Of a stretch of DNA of 64,000 nucleotides, positions 8,254 to 18,545 are shown piece by piece. The translations under genes and the position numbers were made by a program. The notes under the pieces are model-generated. The model saw only the letters and a list, made by a program, of their open reading frames with translations, did not search any database and was not told the origin of the DNA. The number at the start of each line of letters is the position of its first letter. Position 1 is the first letter of the stretch. The stretch comes from Candidatus Omnitrophota bacterium (lineage in GTDB: Bacteria; Omnitrophota; Gorgyraeia; Zapsychrales; Zapsychraceae): the NCBI GenBank assembly GCA_035292445.1, contig DATDQB010000023.1, positions 25,533 to 89,532 on the forward strand. The letters are read 5' to 3'.

Positions 8254-9264
8254 ATGATCTGGGATTTTCAAAAAATTCAGCAGGAGCTTGAAGAGGAAGC
8301 AGGCGGTGTTAATGACGGCCAGAACCTCGAGGCCTTTCGGATAAAGTATTTAGGCAAGAAAGGGCTCATCCAGCAGATCTATTCTTCTCTCTCTTCTTTG
8401 CCTTCCGACCAAAAGCCCTTGGTCGGTAAAGGCGTCAATGCCCTAAGAAGCCGCGTTACCCAAATTATCGAAGACAAAAAGACGGCGATCAAACAAAAGG
8501 AAAAACGGTCTTCCCAAACCGATCTGGATGTAACGCTGCCGGGCGTCGCCCATCGCATCGGTCATCAGCACATTCTCACCCAAACCATCGATGAGATATG
8601 TTCGATCTTTGAGCGCATGGGGTTTGCGGTCCAGGAAGGCCCGGAAATCGAGCACGAGTTCAACAACTTTACCGCTCTTAATATTCCGGCGGACCACCCT
8701 TCCCGCGACAGCTTTGATACGTTCTATTTGGATTTAAAAGACCCACACGACAAAAAAGCCAACTTACTGTTGCGCAGCCACACCTCTCCGGGCCAGATCC
8801 GTATTATGGAAAACCATAAACCGCCTTTTGCCGTTGTGATCCCGGGGAAAGTGTATAGGCCCGATGCGGTGGACGCCAGCCATTCGTTCATGTTCCATCA
8901 GATCGAGGGGCTCCTGGTTGATAGCGACGTTAAGTTCTCTGACCTTAAGGGGTTGTTGACGCATTTTTGTAAGAAGCTTTTTGGTGAAGACATTGAAATG
9001 CGCTTTCGTCCGCACTTTTTCCCTTTCACCGAACCGTCCGCCGAGGTCGATATTTCATGGAAAGGCGGAAAAAAGAAATGGCTTGAGATCATGGGTTGCG
9101 GCATGGTGCATCCGAAAGTGTTTGAGGCCGTCGGTTATCCGAAAGGAAAATATACGGGGCTTGCTTTCGGCTTGGGGGTTGAGCGCATCGCCATGCTTAA
9201 GCACGGCATTGCGGACATCCGGGTGTTTTTTGAAAACGATAAACGGTTTTTGGAGCAATTTTAG
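8254..9264 (+). CDS. pheS: Phenylalanyl-tRNA synthetase alpha subunit
   Basis: Class II motifs (FRPHFFPFTEPSAEVD, GLAFGLGVERIAML). Confidence 0.9.
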   Translation: MIWDFQKIQQELEEEAGGVNDGQNLEAFRIKYLGKKGLIQQIYSSLSSLPSDQKPLVGKGVNALRSRVTQIIEDKKTAIKQKEKRSSQTDLDVTLPGVAHRIGHQHILTQTIDEICSIFERMGFAVQEGPEIEHEFNNFTALNIPADHPSRDSFDTFYLDLKDPHDKKANLLLRSHTSPGQIRIMENHKPPFAVVIPGKVYRPDAVDASHSFMFHQIEGLLVDSDVKFSDLKGLLTHFCKKLFGEDIEMRFRPHFFPFTEPSAEVDISWKGGKKKWLEIMGCGMVHPKVFEAVGYPKGKYTGLAFGLGVERIAMLKHGIADIRVFFENDKRFLEQF

Positions 9265-9267
9265 AAT

Positions 9268-11310
9268 ATGAAAGTCAGTTTAAACTGGTTAAAAGATTAC
9301 GTCACCCCCGGCATAGGCGCCGAAGAGCTGGCGCATCGTCTTACGATGGCTGGTTTGGAGGTGGAAACCATTCATTCGGCCGATGGGGATAAGGTTTTTG
9401 AAATCGAGGTTACGCCCAACCGGGCTGATTGTTTGAGTATGGTGGGCATCTCCCGCGAAGTCGCGGCAATTTTAAATAAAACAAGAAAACCGCCGAGGAT
9501 CAAGGATACTTCTTATCCAAAGATAAAATGCGAAATTGCTATTGAAGATAAGAGCGGGTGTTCGCGCTATATCGGCACCGTTATCGAAGGCGTTACCGTT
9601 GGCCAGGCGCCTGATTGGATGAGAAAAAATTTATCGGTCGTCGGCATTCGCCCGATCAGCAACATCGTTGATATCACCAATTTTTGTTTGATGGAATCGG
9701 GCCAGCCGTTACATGCTTTTGATTACGACAAATTGATCGGCGGGAAAATCGCAGTTCGGCGCGCCAGAAAAGGCGAGAAGATCGTTACGATCGATGGGTT
9801 GGAGCGCGAATTGGATGAAACGATCCTCGTCATTGCCGATAGCAAGCGCCCTGTCGCCATCGCCGGCATTATGGGTGGCAAAGATGCGGAGGTAAACGAA
9901 AAGACCAAAAATATCCTTCTTGAAAGCGCCTATTTCGATCCCATCCTTATCCGGCGGGCGGCCCGCAAGCTGGGGTTGGCCAGCGACTCATCATATCGGT
10001 TCGAACGGGGCGTTGACAGGGGGGGAGTTAAAACCGGCTCTGATAGGGCCGCTTCTTTAATACTCGAAATCGCCAAGGGAAAGGTGACCCGATATGCGGA
10101 TGTTAATATTACCGGCAAGACAAAAACAACAAACAGTATATCCGTTTCGGTTCAAAAGGTTAATCAATATTTGGGCGCCGATATCCTTTCGGGCCGGTGT
10201 CAGACGATCTTAAAAAAGCTGGATTTTAAAGTTGCTGCGCGGGGTAAGGGCGGGCTGCTTGTCCAGCCGCCTTCAACGAGGCCGGATGTGAAGTTGGATG
10301 TCGATGTGATCGAGGAAATTGCCCGCATTGAAGGTTATGACCGGCTTCCCACCAGCTTTCCGACGATAAAAATATCCGATATCCCGCTTGATGAAAAGAG
10401 ATTTTTAAGAGAAAAGATCAGAAAAGCATTGATAGCCCAGGGATTCGATGAGGTGATCACCTATTCCATGACGAATCGGGAGGTTTTAGTCAAGGCCAAG
10501 CAGAACGATATTAAAAGCGTCAAAGTCATTAATCCTTTAACGCAAGAGCAGGAAGTCATGCGCCCGAGCTTGTTGCCCGGGCTTCTTAACACTGTTTCAT
10601 TCAACATTAATCGTGCCCAAAAGGATCTGAAAATTTTTGAAGCGTCGAAGATATATCGGGATGAAGGTGAAATTGAAGCGCTTGGGATCATGATGACAGG
10701 CATGGCCTCGGAGGATTGGAGGCAGGCAAAGAAACAACACGTCGATTTTTACGATATAAAGGGAGCTATTGTTAAGGCGATCCGATATGTGTTGGGTTGC
10801 CGCCCCATGGTTTTCGTGCCGTTGCAAGAAAATTTTTTGGAGCCCGGCCTGTCAGCGGCTGTTGAGCTCGATGGTTCAGTTATAGGTTTAATCGGGAAGG
10901 TGGAAGAGGGGGTTTTAAACAGTTTTGATATCAAGAATGCGGATGTTTGGTTTGCCCAAATCGAGTTAAAAAACATTATTTCCCGAAAGCCGCTCAAGCG
11001 GGCTTATCAAACGATTTCTCCTTATCCGGCGATCGTGAGGGATGTCAGCTTGACGATAGATAAGAGATATTTCTATCAACAACTCGTTGAAATCATCAAA
11101 GAAAAGGGCCTAAAAAATCTCGTAGAAATTCATTTTAAAGAGGACTATACTAATATGGTCCGTGATAAAATTGCCTCGCATCACCGGGGCATCTTGCTCT
11201 CTCTGGTTTATCAGTCCGCCGAACGCACCCTTCAAGAAGCCGAGGTCAATAATGACCACCAAAAACTTCTTAAGGCTCTGGTAGAGCGGTTACAAGTAGT
11301 GATCCGATAA
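9268..11310 (+). CDS. pheT: Phenylalanyl-tRNA synthetase beta subunit (short form, 680 aa)
   Basis: B3/B4 and B5 domain signatures and the FDYDKL motif. Directly follows pheS. Confidence 0.9.
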   Translation: MKVSLNWLKDYVTPGIGAEELAHRLTMAGLEVETIHSADGDKVFEIEVTPNRADCLSMVGISREVAAILNKTRKPPRIKDTSYPKIKCEIAIEDKSGCSRYIGTVIEGVTVGQAPDWMRKNLSVVGIRPISNIVDITNFCLMESGQPLHAFDYDKLIGGKIAVRRARKGEKIVTIDGLERELDETILVIADSKRPVAIAGIMGGKDAEVNEKTKNILLESAYFDPILIRRAARKLGLASDSSYRFERGVDRGGVKTGSDRAASLILEIAKGKVTRYADVNITGKTKTTNSISVSVQKVNQYLGADILSGRCQTILKKLDFKVAARGKGGLLVQPPSTRPDVKLDVDVIEEIARIEGYDRLPTSFPTIKISDIPLDEKRFLREKIRKALIAQGFDEVITYSMTNREVLVKAKQNDIKSVKVINPLTQEQEVMRPSLLPGLLNTVSFNINRAQKDLKIFEASKIYRDEGEIEALGIMMTGMASEDWRQAKKQHVDFYDIKGAIVKAIRYVLGCRPMVFVPLQENFLEPGLSAAVELDGSVIGLIGKVEEGVLNSFDIKNADVWFAQIELKNIISRKPLKRAYQTISPYPAIVRDVSLTIDKRYFYQQLVEIIKEKGLKNLVEIHFKEDYTNMVRDKIASHHRGILLSLVYQSAERTLQEAEVNNDHQKLLKALVERLQVVIR

Positions 11311-11465
11311 TAAATCCCTGCTGTGCGCGTTATTGGCTCAATATAAAGAACCAATACTCTATTAAAGGGAGCCTACCTTCCGGCCCTGCCGGAGCGGCAC
11401 CCACTTGGTGACTAGGTTCACCTTATATGAAAGTCAGACGGCATAAGCGGGGATAAATTTCTTCC

Positions 11466-12860
11466 ATGAAAAGAAAGCCACCCGCCAATTCTTCAAAAGA
11501 AAACCTGTTTTCCCTGGCCAATAAAGAAGCTAATTTCCAAACGACCCCTTTAAGCGCGCGCATGCGCCCCCAATCGCTGGAAGAGTACGCCGGGCAGAAG
11601 CATATTTTAGGAGAGGGGAAGTTGTTCTCCAGGGCCATCGAAGCCGACCGCATCACTTCCCTGATCCTTTATGGCCCGCCGGGAGTGGGGAAAACGACGT
11701 TGGCGCATCTCATCAGCCAGAAGACCAAATCTTTCTTTGAGCGCATCAACGCCGTTTCTTCCAGCGTTGATGAATTGCGAAAAGTGATCGTCGCCGCCCA
11801 AAACAGGCGCGATACAACGGCGCAGAAAACGATCCTTTTTATCGACGAGATCCATCGGTTCAATAAGGCGCAACAGGATGTCTTGATGCCGGATGTCGAG
11901 GAGGGAAGCATCATTTTGATCGGCGCGACCGTCTTTAATCCGTTTTTCTCGCTGGTCAGCCCGCTTCTTTCGCGATCGTTGGTTTTTGAGTTAAAACCGT
12001 TAAGCGAGGAAGAGATCCTGGCAATTTTACAAAGAGCGTTACGGGATAATAAGCGGGGCTTGGGCGAAATGGAAATCAACGTCGACCAAGAAGCGCTCAA
12101 ATTTTTAGCCAAGGCTTGCGATGGCGATGCCCGCAGGGCCCTGAATGCTTTGGAGGTCGGGTGTTTAACGACCCCAAAGGCCAAGGACGGTCAAATTAAT
12201 TTTACATTAGAGGTAGCCCAGGAATCCATCCAGAAGAAACAAGTCGTTTATGACCGCGACGGCGACCAGCATTATGACACGGCATCGGCGTTTATCAAAT
12301 CCATGCGCGGGTCGGATCCGGACGCGACCCTATATTGGCTGGCCAAGATGATCTATGCCGGGGAAGATCCGCGTTTTATCGTCCGGCGCATCTGTATCTG
12401 CGCGGCCGAAGATGTCGGGTTGGCCGACCCGCAGGCACTGGTCGTGGCCAATGCCGCGCATCAGGTCCTCGAATTTGTCGGCATGCCGGAAGGACGTATT
12501 CCGCTGGCCGAGGCGGCCGTTTATGTGGCCTGCGCGCCCAAATCCAATTCAGCTTACCTGGGCATTGAACAGGCGTTAGACGATGTAAAGAACAACAGGT
12601 CCCAAGAAGTACCCACGCACCTTAAAGATACATCTTATCCCGGAGCCAAAAAGTTGGGCCGCGGCAAAGATTATAAATACGCGCATGATTTTGAAGGGCA
12701 TTTTGTTGAGCAGGATTATATGAGCGTCAAGACCAAATATTACCGGCCCACCCAGATGGGCAAGGAGAAATTCATCAAGGAACGGCTGGATGAGCTGTTA
12801 AAGCAGGGTCAAAATTTGCAGTTGTACAAAAATATAAAAAATGATAATATAGAGCGCTGA
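11466..12860 (+). CDS. rarA: Replication-associated recombination protein A (AAA+ ATPase RarA/MgsA)
   Basis: Walker A GPPGVGKTT, Walker B ILFIDEIHRFN, MgsA C-terminal helical domain. Confidence 0.85.
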   Translation: MKRKPPANSSKENLFSLANKEANFQTTPLSARMRPQSLEEYAGQKHILGEGKLFSRAIEADRITSLILYGPPGVGKTTLAHLISQKTKSFFERINAVSSSVDELRKVIVAAQNRRDTTAQKTILFIDEIHRFNKAQQDVLMPDVEEGSIILIGATVFNPFFSLVSPLLSRSLVFELKPLSEEEILAILQRALRDNKRGLGEMEINVDQEALKFLAKACDGDARRALNALEVGCLTTPKAKDGQINFTLEVAQESIQKKQVVYDRDGDQHYDTASAFIKSMRGSDPDATLYWLAKMIYAGEDPRFIVRRICICAAEDVGLADPQALVVANAAHQVLEFVGMPEGRIPLAEAAVYVACAPKSNSAYLGIEQALDDVKNNRSQEVPTHLKDTSYPGAKKLGRGKDYKYAHDFEGHFVEQDYMSVKTKYYRPTQMGKEKFIKERLDELLKQGQNLQLYKNIKNDNIER

Positions 12861-12865
12861 TTTTT

Positions 12866-12883
12866 GAAAACCGAAAGGTTTTC
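12866..12883 (+). terminator. Hairpin GAAAACC-GAAA-GGTTTTC just after the rarA stop (weak terminator candidate)
   Basis: 7-bp stem with a GNRA-like loop; no clean downstream U-run. Confidence 0.3.
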
Positions 12884-12908
12884 TATCAGCGGATCAAAGA
12901 GAACTTAA

Positions 12909-13469
12909 GTGAAGGATAAAACGAAACAAGACCTTAGAGAGAGGATATTAACCCTTTTAAGGAATCAGAAGGAGGAAGAGCGGATCAAGAAAAGCTTATC
13001 GATCAAAGACAAGCTTTTTAAGACGAAGCTCATTCAGGAAGCAAAGACGATCCTTTTTTATGCGTCATTTGACGGGGAAGTTGATACATTTGAAATGATA
13101 AGACAAGCCAGCCAATTAGGAAAAAGAATCGGGTTACCGATCATTCAAAGCAAACAAAAACAAATAATCCCTGCATTATGGGATGTTCATGAATCCTTGG
13201 TAGAAGGGCCGTACGGCATAAGACAACCGCAAAACCATCCAACGAAACGATTTTCGATGGAAGAACTGGATGCCGTGATAGTTCCCGGAGTCGCTTTTGA
13301 TAGAAATAATCATCGTCTCGGGCGCGGCGGCGGCTATTATGACCGTTTTTTAGCTGTTTTACCCAAGGAAATTCCTACCATTGGCTTGGCTTTTGATTTT
13401 CAATGCATCGATTCTATCCCCGGCTTGGGTGATCACGATGTGCGCCTTTCGCGCGTTGTGACGAATTAA
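12909..13469 (+). CDS. 5-formyltetrahydrofolate cyclo-ligase (MTHFS)
   Basis: GRGGGYYDRFL motif near the C-terminus. GTG start. Confidence 0.75.
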   Translation: MKDKTKQDLRERILTLLRNQKEEERIKKSLSIKDKLFKTKLIQEAKTILFYASFDGEVDTFEMIRQASQLGKRIGLPIIQSKQKQIIPALWDVHESLVEGPYGIRQPQNHPTKRFSMEELDAVIVPGVAFDRNNHRLGRGGGYYDRFLAVLPKEIPTIGLAFDFQCIDSIPGLGDHDVRLSRVVTN

Positions 13470-13542
13470 TCACCCGCTTCCTCCTTCCCAAATAACTAAT
13501 TTATAAGACACAGTCTTGTTATTGATAGAGAGGAGTTTTGTG

Positions 13543-15120
13543 ATGAATCCCGAAATGAACATATATGTTCAAAGTACCATTCTTTCCATTTTTGCCATCG
13601 TGATCTTCTTTGCCGGCTATCTTTTAAGGTGGTTTTTCGCTGGTAAGAAATTAAAAGAGGCCGAAGAAAAAGCCAAGGCGTTGCTCTCCGGCGCCGAGAA
13701 AGAGACTGAGACAAAGAAGAAAGAAATCGAACTTCAAAGCAAGGACATGATGATCAAGCTGCGCCAGGATTTTGAGCGTGAAACCAAAGAGCGCCGCGAA
13801 GAGCTCCTGGCCGCGGAGAAACGCATCCTCCAAAAGGAAGAGAACCTGGATAAGCGGGTCGATCTTTTGGAGAAAAAAGAAAAGGACATCAATCAGCGTT
13901 TAGGGATTTTACAGGAGAATGAAGAGAGCATAAAGAAGAAAACAGAGGAGTTAACCCGCCTCATTGCTGAAGAAAAAGTGCGTCTTCAAAAGATATCCTC
14001 TTTGTCGGAAGAGCAGGCTAAGAATTTGCTTTTATCCCGTCTCGATGAAGAATTGGTGCACGAAAAGGCGGTACGCATTAAAAGGGCAGAGGATGAAATA
14101 AAAGATACGGGCGACAAGCGAGCCAGAGAAATTGTTTCGGTGGCCATTCAGCGCTGCGCCTCCGAGCATACGGCCGGCACAACAGTTTCGGTCGTTATGC
14201 TTCCCAATGACGAGATGAAAGGGCGCATTATCGGCCGCGAGGGCCGTAATATCCGCGCTTTGGAGGCGGCCGCCGGCGTTGATATCATTATCGATGATAC
14301 TCCCGAGGCAGTTACGATTTCAGGTTTTGATATGTACCGGCGGGAAATTGCCCGCATCGCATTGGAAAACCTTATTTCCGATGGGCGCATCCATCCCGGG
14401 CGAATCGAAGAGGTCGTGGAGAAGGCCAAGAAAGAGCTGGAAAACATTATTAAGGAAGAAGGGGAGAAGACGGCGTTTGATCTGGGTATCCATGGCATGC
14501 ATACCGAGCTTTTGAAGCTGGTTGGGAAATTAAAATTCAGGACCAGCTACGGCCAAAACGGTTTGGCGCACACCAAAGAGGTGGCGATTCTTTGCGGGAC
14601 GATGGCGAGCCTATTGGGCTTGGACTCAAAGATCGCCATGCGCGCCGGCTTGCTTCATGACATCGGTAAAGTTGTCAGCCAAGATGTGGAAGAAGGCACG
14701 CACGCCATTGTCGGAGGCACACTAAGCCGTAAATACGGCGAGCGTGAAGAAGTGGCGAATGCGGTCGAGTCGCATCATGAGGAAGTGGAGATGGCCTCCA
14801 TCTATGGGGCTCTTTTATGCGCGGCGGATGCCATCAGCGCCTCCCGTCCCGGAGCCCGCGCGGAAACGCTTGAGACGTACGTGAAGCGGTTGGAAAATCT
14901 GGAGAAGATAGCCAACTCGTTCAAAGGCATCAGTAAAACGTACGCTTTACAGGCCGGCCGCGAGATCCGTATTTTGGTTGACCCGGATAAGATTAACGAT
15001 GATGAGTCTGTTGTTCTGGCCCGCGATATCCGGCAGAAAATCGAAGAGGAAATGGAATATCCGGGACAGATCAAGGTGATTGTTGTTCGGGAAAAACGGG
15101 CCGTGGAGTTTGCCAAATAA
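13543..15120 (+). CDS. rny: Ribonuclease Y (N-terminal TM, KH and HD domains)
   Basis: N-terminal hydrophobic helix, coiled-coil, KH region (GRIIGREGRNIRALE), HD motif (HDIGK). AGAGGAG SD before the ATG at 13543. Confidence 0.85.
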   Translation: MNPEMNIYVQSTILSIFAIVIFFAGYLLRWFFAGKKLKEAEEKAKALLSGAEKETETKKKEIELQSKDMMIKLRQDFERETKERREELLAAEKRILQKEENLDKRVDLLEKKEKDINQRLGILQENEESIKKKTEELTRLIAEEKVRLQKISSLSEEQAKNLLLSRLDEELVHEKAVRIKRAEDEIKDTGDKRAREIVSVAIQRCASEHTAGTTVSVVMLPNDEMKGRIIGREGRNIRALEAAAGVDIIIDDTPEAVTISGFDMYRREIARIALENLISDGRIHPGRIEEVVEKAKKELENIIKEEGEKTAFDLGIHGMHTELLKLVGKLKFRTSYGQNGLAHTKEVAILCGTMASLLGLDSKIAMRAGLLHDIGKVVSQDVEEGTHAIVGGTLSRKYGEREEVANAVESHHEEVEMASIYGALLCAADAISASRPGARAETLETYVKRLENLEKIANSFKGISKTYALQAGREIRILVDPDKINDDESVVLARDIRQKIEEEMEYPGQIKVIVVREKRAVEFAK

Positions 15121-15122
15121 AC

Positions 15123-15935
15123 ATGAAGATTCTTTGCATTGGAGACATTGTTGGCAAACCCGGCCGAGCAGCCGTAGAGGGGCTGCTAGATAAGCTCAAG
15201 AAGAAATACGATATTGAGTTTGTCGTGGCCAACGCCGAAAATACCGCCGGCGGAGCAGGCTTGACGTCGCGGCTAGCGAAGGTGCTTTTTCGGGCCGGTT
15301 GCGATGTCCTGACGTTAGGGGATCATGTCTGGGACCAAAAGGAACTGGAGCAGTATTTAAATACAACCGATAAAGTCATCCGTCCTGCCAATTTCCCCTC
15401 AGGTGTTCCGGGACGCGGCTGGTGTGTCCATGCGACACCATCAGGTCACAAGGTGGGCGTCATCAATCTTTTAGGCCGCGTTTTTATGCGCCACAACGTG
15501 GAATCCCCTTTTATGACCCTTAAGGAAATTGTTAAGCAGATCAAGAAAGAAACACCTATCATTATTGTCGATTTTCACGCGGAGACAACAAGTGAAAAGG
15601 TCGCCATGGGCCATTTTATTGACGGGGAAGTTTCCGCCATTGTCGGCACGCATACCCACATCACCACCAGCGATGAAAAAATCCTTCCCAAGAAGACGGC
15701 TTATATCACCGATCTGGGCATGACAGGGCCGTATGATTCCGTCATCGGGCAGGATAAAGAGGCGATCATCCAGCGGTTCTTAACCAGCATGCCGGTCAAA
15801 TTTCATGTGGCCTCGGGCAATGTCGAGCTGCACGGCGCCGTGATCGATGTCGATGCCAAAAGCGGAAAGGCCGATTCCATCGAGCGGATCAGCTGCCCTT
15901 TCGAATTTGATGAGAAAAAAGCCTCATCCGACTAA
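15123..15935 (+). CDS. ymdB: YmdB-family metallophosphoesterase (2',3'-cyclic nucleotide phosphodiesterase)
   Basis: MKILCIGDIVGKPGR N-terminus with GDHVWD and GTHTH motifs. Conserved rny-ymdB pairing. Confidence 0.8.
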   Translation: MKILCIGDIVGKPGRAAVEGLLDKLKKKYDIEFVVANAENTAGGAGLTSRLAKVLFRAGCDVLTLGDHVWDQKELEQYLNTTDKVIRPANFPSGVPGRGWCVHATPSGHKVGVINLLGRVFMRHNVESPFMTLKEIVKQIKKETPIIIVDFHAETTSEKVAMGHFIDGEVSAIVGTHTHITTSDEKILPKKTAYITDLGMTGPYDSVIGQDKEAIIQRFLTSMPVKFHVASGNVELHGAVIDVDAKSGKADSIERISCPFEFDEKKASSD

Positions 15936-16018
15936 AATGCAGATAAGCCCTTGTCGGGCGAGTTTTCATATATTATAATTTTGGAAGCTAAGGGAATAAT
16001 CAGCCAAAGGAGCCCGGC

Positions 16019-16414
16019 ATGAGTCAATGGGATGGATTAAACAGGCGCCGCTTTCCGCGAGTTAAATTTCCCTGTTTGGTTGTGATTCATCAGAAAGAAG
16101 GCGACAGTAAAGAAACGATTCTTTGCCATACAGAGAATGTCGGCGTGGGCGGAACATGCATCATCATAAAGCAGCATGTTAAATTGTTTGCCCCGGTTGA
16201 TATTGAGCTTGATTTGATGGACATGAAAGAACACGTTAAATGCAAGGGCAAGGTCGTCTGGAACATCCGCCGCAGGAAGGAAACCGACAATAAGCCCTTG
16301 TTTTACGATATCGGCATCGAGTTCGTTGACATCAAGCCGGCAGATCATAAGCGGATAGAGGACGTTATCATTAAATTAGTTAAAGAAAAAAAGGACTCAT
16401 CCTACATCGTTTAA
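16019..16414 (+). CDS. PilZ-domain (c-di-GMP-binding) protein
   Basis: RRRFPR (RxxxR-like) and NVGVGG (D/NxSxGG-like) motifs; 131 aa. Confidence 0.55.
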   Translation: MSQWDGLNRRRFPRVKFPCLVVIHQKEGDSKETILCHTENVGVGGTCIIIKQHVKLFAPVDIELDLMDMKEHVKCKGKVVWNIRRRKETDNKPLFYDIGIEFVDIKPADHKRIEDVIIKLVKEKKDSSYIV

Positions 16415-16466
16415 CCAAGGCTCACCAACGCGCTGTCAGTCAGCTCCTCATAACGAATTATAAACC

Positions 16467-17735
16467 ATGATAAGAGTCAGATTCGCCCCCAGCCCAACAG
16501 GATATCTTCATATCGGCGGCGCACGAACGGCATTGTTTAATTGGATGTATGCCCGCTCCCAAAACGGGACGTTCATCCTTCGTATCGAAGATACGGACCA
16601 GCAGCGCTCCAAAAAAGAATTTGAGGAAGAAATTTTAACCAGCATGAAATGGCTGGGGCTCCTCTGGGATGAGCTATATCATCAAAGCGAGCGCTTCGAT
16701 GTTTACCGCCAATACGCGGATAAGCTCATCCAGGAAGACAAGGCTTATAAAGACGGCGAAGCCGTCATCCTTAAAATACCCCAACAAGAGATCAAACTGT
16801 TTGATCTGATCAGAGGCGAGATCGCCTTCGATTCGGCCACCATCAAGGATCAGGTCTTGATAAAATCCGATGGCTCCCCGACTTATAGTTTCGCTTGTGT
16901 CGTTGACGATGCCCTTATGGAGATCTCCCACGTGATCCGCGGGGAAGACCACATTTCCAATACGCCCAAGCAGATGATGATCTATCAGGCGCTGGGCCTA
17001 AAAGCGCCGAAATACGCACACCTTCCTCTGATCATGGGCGAGGAAGGCCGTCTCTCCAAAAGGACGGGGGCGGTAGCGGTGAGCGACTATAAGAAAGAAG
17101 GATTCTTACCCGAGGCGCTGGTCAACTACCTCATGCTTCTGGGCTGGTCGCCCGGTGGCAACCAGGAGGTCGTTGATATAAAGACGGCATTAAAGAATTT
17201 TTCCATCAAGAAGGTCAATAAGGCCGCGGCCATCTTTTCCATGGAAAAGCTGGAATGGATCAACGGCCAGTACATCAAAAAAATGGATGATGAAAAATTG
17301 GTGGAAGCGCTCATACCCTTTTTAAAGGACAAAAATTATATTAATGGGAATTTTGATAGAAAACGCCTTAAAAATATAGTAAAACTATTTAAAGGAAGAT
17401 TGTCGACATTGACCGACTTTCTGGAATGGGCGGATTTTGTTTTTGTCGATGAAGTCAAGCCGGATGAAGCCGCCAGAAAAGAGCATTTGTCGGTTAATCG
17501 TGCCAAAGAATTCGAGCTGTTAAGGAAGCGTTTTGCGGCGTTGGATCCTTTTGATGCCCAATCGATCGAGGCAGCCTTTCGGGAGACGGTCGAGGCATTA
17601 GGTCTTAAGTCGGCGGATTTGGTTCATCCGATCCGTGTGGCTTTGACCGGGCGTGCTGTCGGGCCGGGTTTATTTGAGACAATAGAGATTTTGGGTAAAG
17701 AAAAGACTATTCAACGATTATCCAAAGCGTTTTAG
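16467..17735 (+). CDS. gltX: Glutamyl-tRNA synthetase (short form)
   Basis: HIGGARTALFNW (HIGH) and RLSKRTG (KMSKS) motifs. Confidence 0.9.
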   Translation: MIRVRFAPSPTGYLHIGGARTALFNWMYARSQNGTFILRIEDTDQQRSKKEFEEEILTSMKWLGLLWDELYHQSERFDVYRQYADKLIQEDKAYKDGEAVILKIPQQEIKLFDLIRGEIAFDSATIKDQVLIKSDGSPTYSFACVVDDALMEISHVIRGEDHISNTPKQMMIYQALGLKAPKYAHLPLIMGEEGRLSKRTGAVAVSDYKKEGFLPEALVNYLMLLGWSPGGNQEVVDIKTALKNFSIKKVNKAAAIFSMEKLEWINGQYIKKMDDEKLVEALIPFLKDKNYINGNFDRKRLKNIVKLFKGRLSTLTDFLEWADFVFVDEVKPDEAARKEHLSVNRAKEFELLRKRFAALDPFDAQSIEAAFRETVEALGLKSADLVHPIRVALTGRAVGPGLFETIEILGKEKTIQRLSKAF

Positions 17736-17752
17736 GTGCTTAAGGAGAGTCT

Positions 17753-17935
17753 ATGGTTCCTCAGTGGCTGATGTCCGTATATGTGGTCTGTTTTTTGGGT
17801 TTATCGGGCTGCGCTACGGTTGAGGGGACGGCGATGGGTGCGAAAAAGGATGCGGAAGCGGCCTGGGCTTATATGAATGATGAGGACCACTGGATCAAAA
17901 AGACGGATAATTGGATGAAAGAACATTTGTGGTAG
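17753..17935 (+). CDS. Small lipoprotein (60 aa), possibly entericidin-like
   Basis: Lipobox LGLSGC followed by a Gly/Ala/Lys-rich segment. Confidence 0.35.
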   Translation: MVPQWLMSVYVVCFLGLSGCATVEGTAMGAKKDAEAAWAYMNDEDHWIKKTDNWMKEHLW

Positions 17936-17962
17936 CAGGAATCGCTTAAAAGCATTATCATT

Positions 17963-17990
17963 AAGAGGCTAACTTTAGCCTCTTTTTTAT
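17963..17990 (+). terminator. Rho-independent terminator (AAGAGGCTAA-CTTT-AGCCTCTT followed by TTTTTT)
   Basis: Perfect 9-bp GC-containing stem plus U-run, read in the sequence. Confidence 0.6.
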
Positions 17991-17993
17991 TTT

Positions 17994-18545
17994 ATGAAAG
18001 TCTCCCGCAAAGATTTCATTTGTTGTTCGTTTTTTATTATCTTCTGGCTCCTTCCTATTATTTATACCGGATTAACCTATCGGGATACGCCGTTTTTGCC
18101 CAGAACGCTTACATATCTACAGCGCATTTCTCATTTATTCACGCGGATAAGCCCCGTCTGGGAAACTATTTACATCCAGGCCCTTCCCGAGGGTGAGAAA
18201 GGTTGGGTCGTCTTGCCGATGGAGGACTATTTTCGATTGAAACCCTTCGGCTATAGAACGCGGTTATACGAGATGCTGCTTTACTCAAAGGATTTTAAAG
18301 ATTTTAAGAAAGGTGAGGAAGCTTACAAGGCCCGCCAGAAAGAGCTCGCTCATTGGGTTGCCGGCCGATATGCGAAGAGATATCCCCAGCGCCCGCCGCT
18401 ATTAACCGTCCGTTTTGTTGCCGGCATATATACTATCGAAAAGGACCGTACTTTTGAAGGGCGCTGGAAGGATGTTGCGATCGATCATTTTGAGCCCAAA
18501 GATCAATACATTTTTTCGACGCACTATCTAAAAAATGAATTTTGA
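17994..18545 (+). CDS. Hypothetical N-terminally membrane-anchored protein, translationally coupled to the HTTM gene
   Basis: One N-terminal hydrophobic helix; no motif I recognise. Overlaps the downstream HTTM ORF by 11 nt. Confidence 0.45.
   Translation: MKVSRKDFICCSFFIIFWLLPIIYTGLTYRDTPFLPRTLTYLQRISHLFTRISPVWETIYIQALPEGEKGWVVLPMEDYFRLKPFGYRTRLYEMLLYSKDFKDFKKGEEAYKARQKELAHWVAGRYAKRYPQRPPLLTVRFVAGIYTIEKDRTFEGRWKDVAIDHFEPKDQYIFSTHYLKNEF

Noticed and set aside
11340-11465. SRP (4.5S) RNA-like motif on the minus strand (CAGGGCCGGAAGGUAGGC) in the pheT-rarA gap
   Set aside because: Only the apical GGAA tetraloop region resembles SRP domain IV. The flanking sequence cannot form the required long helix 8/5 pairing, so it is treated as a chance match or a small local hairpin.
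12335-12579. Overlapping 74-77-aa + strand ORFs inside rarA
   Set aside because: Alternative frames of the rarA coding sequence. Arg/Pro/Gly-rich, no independent support.
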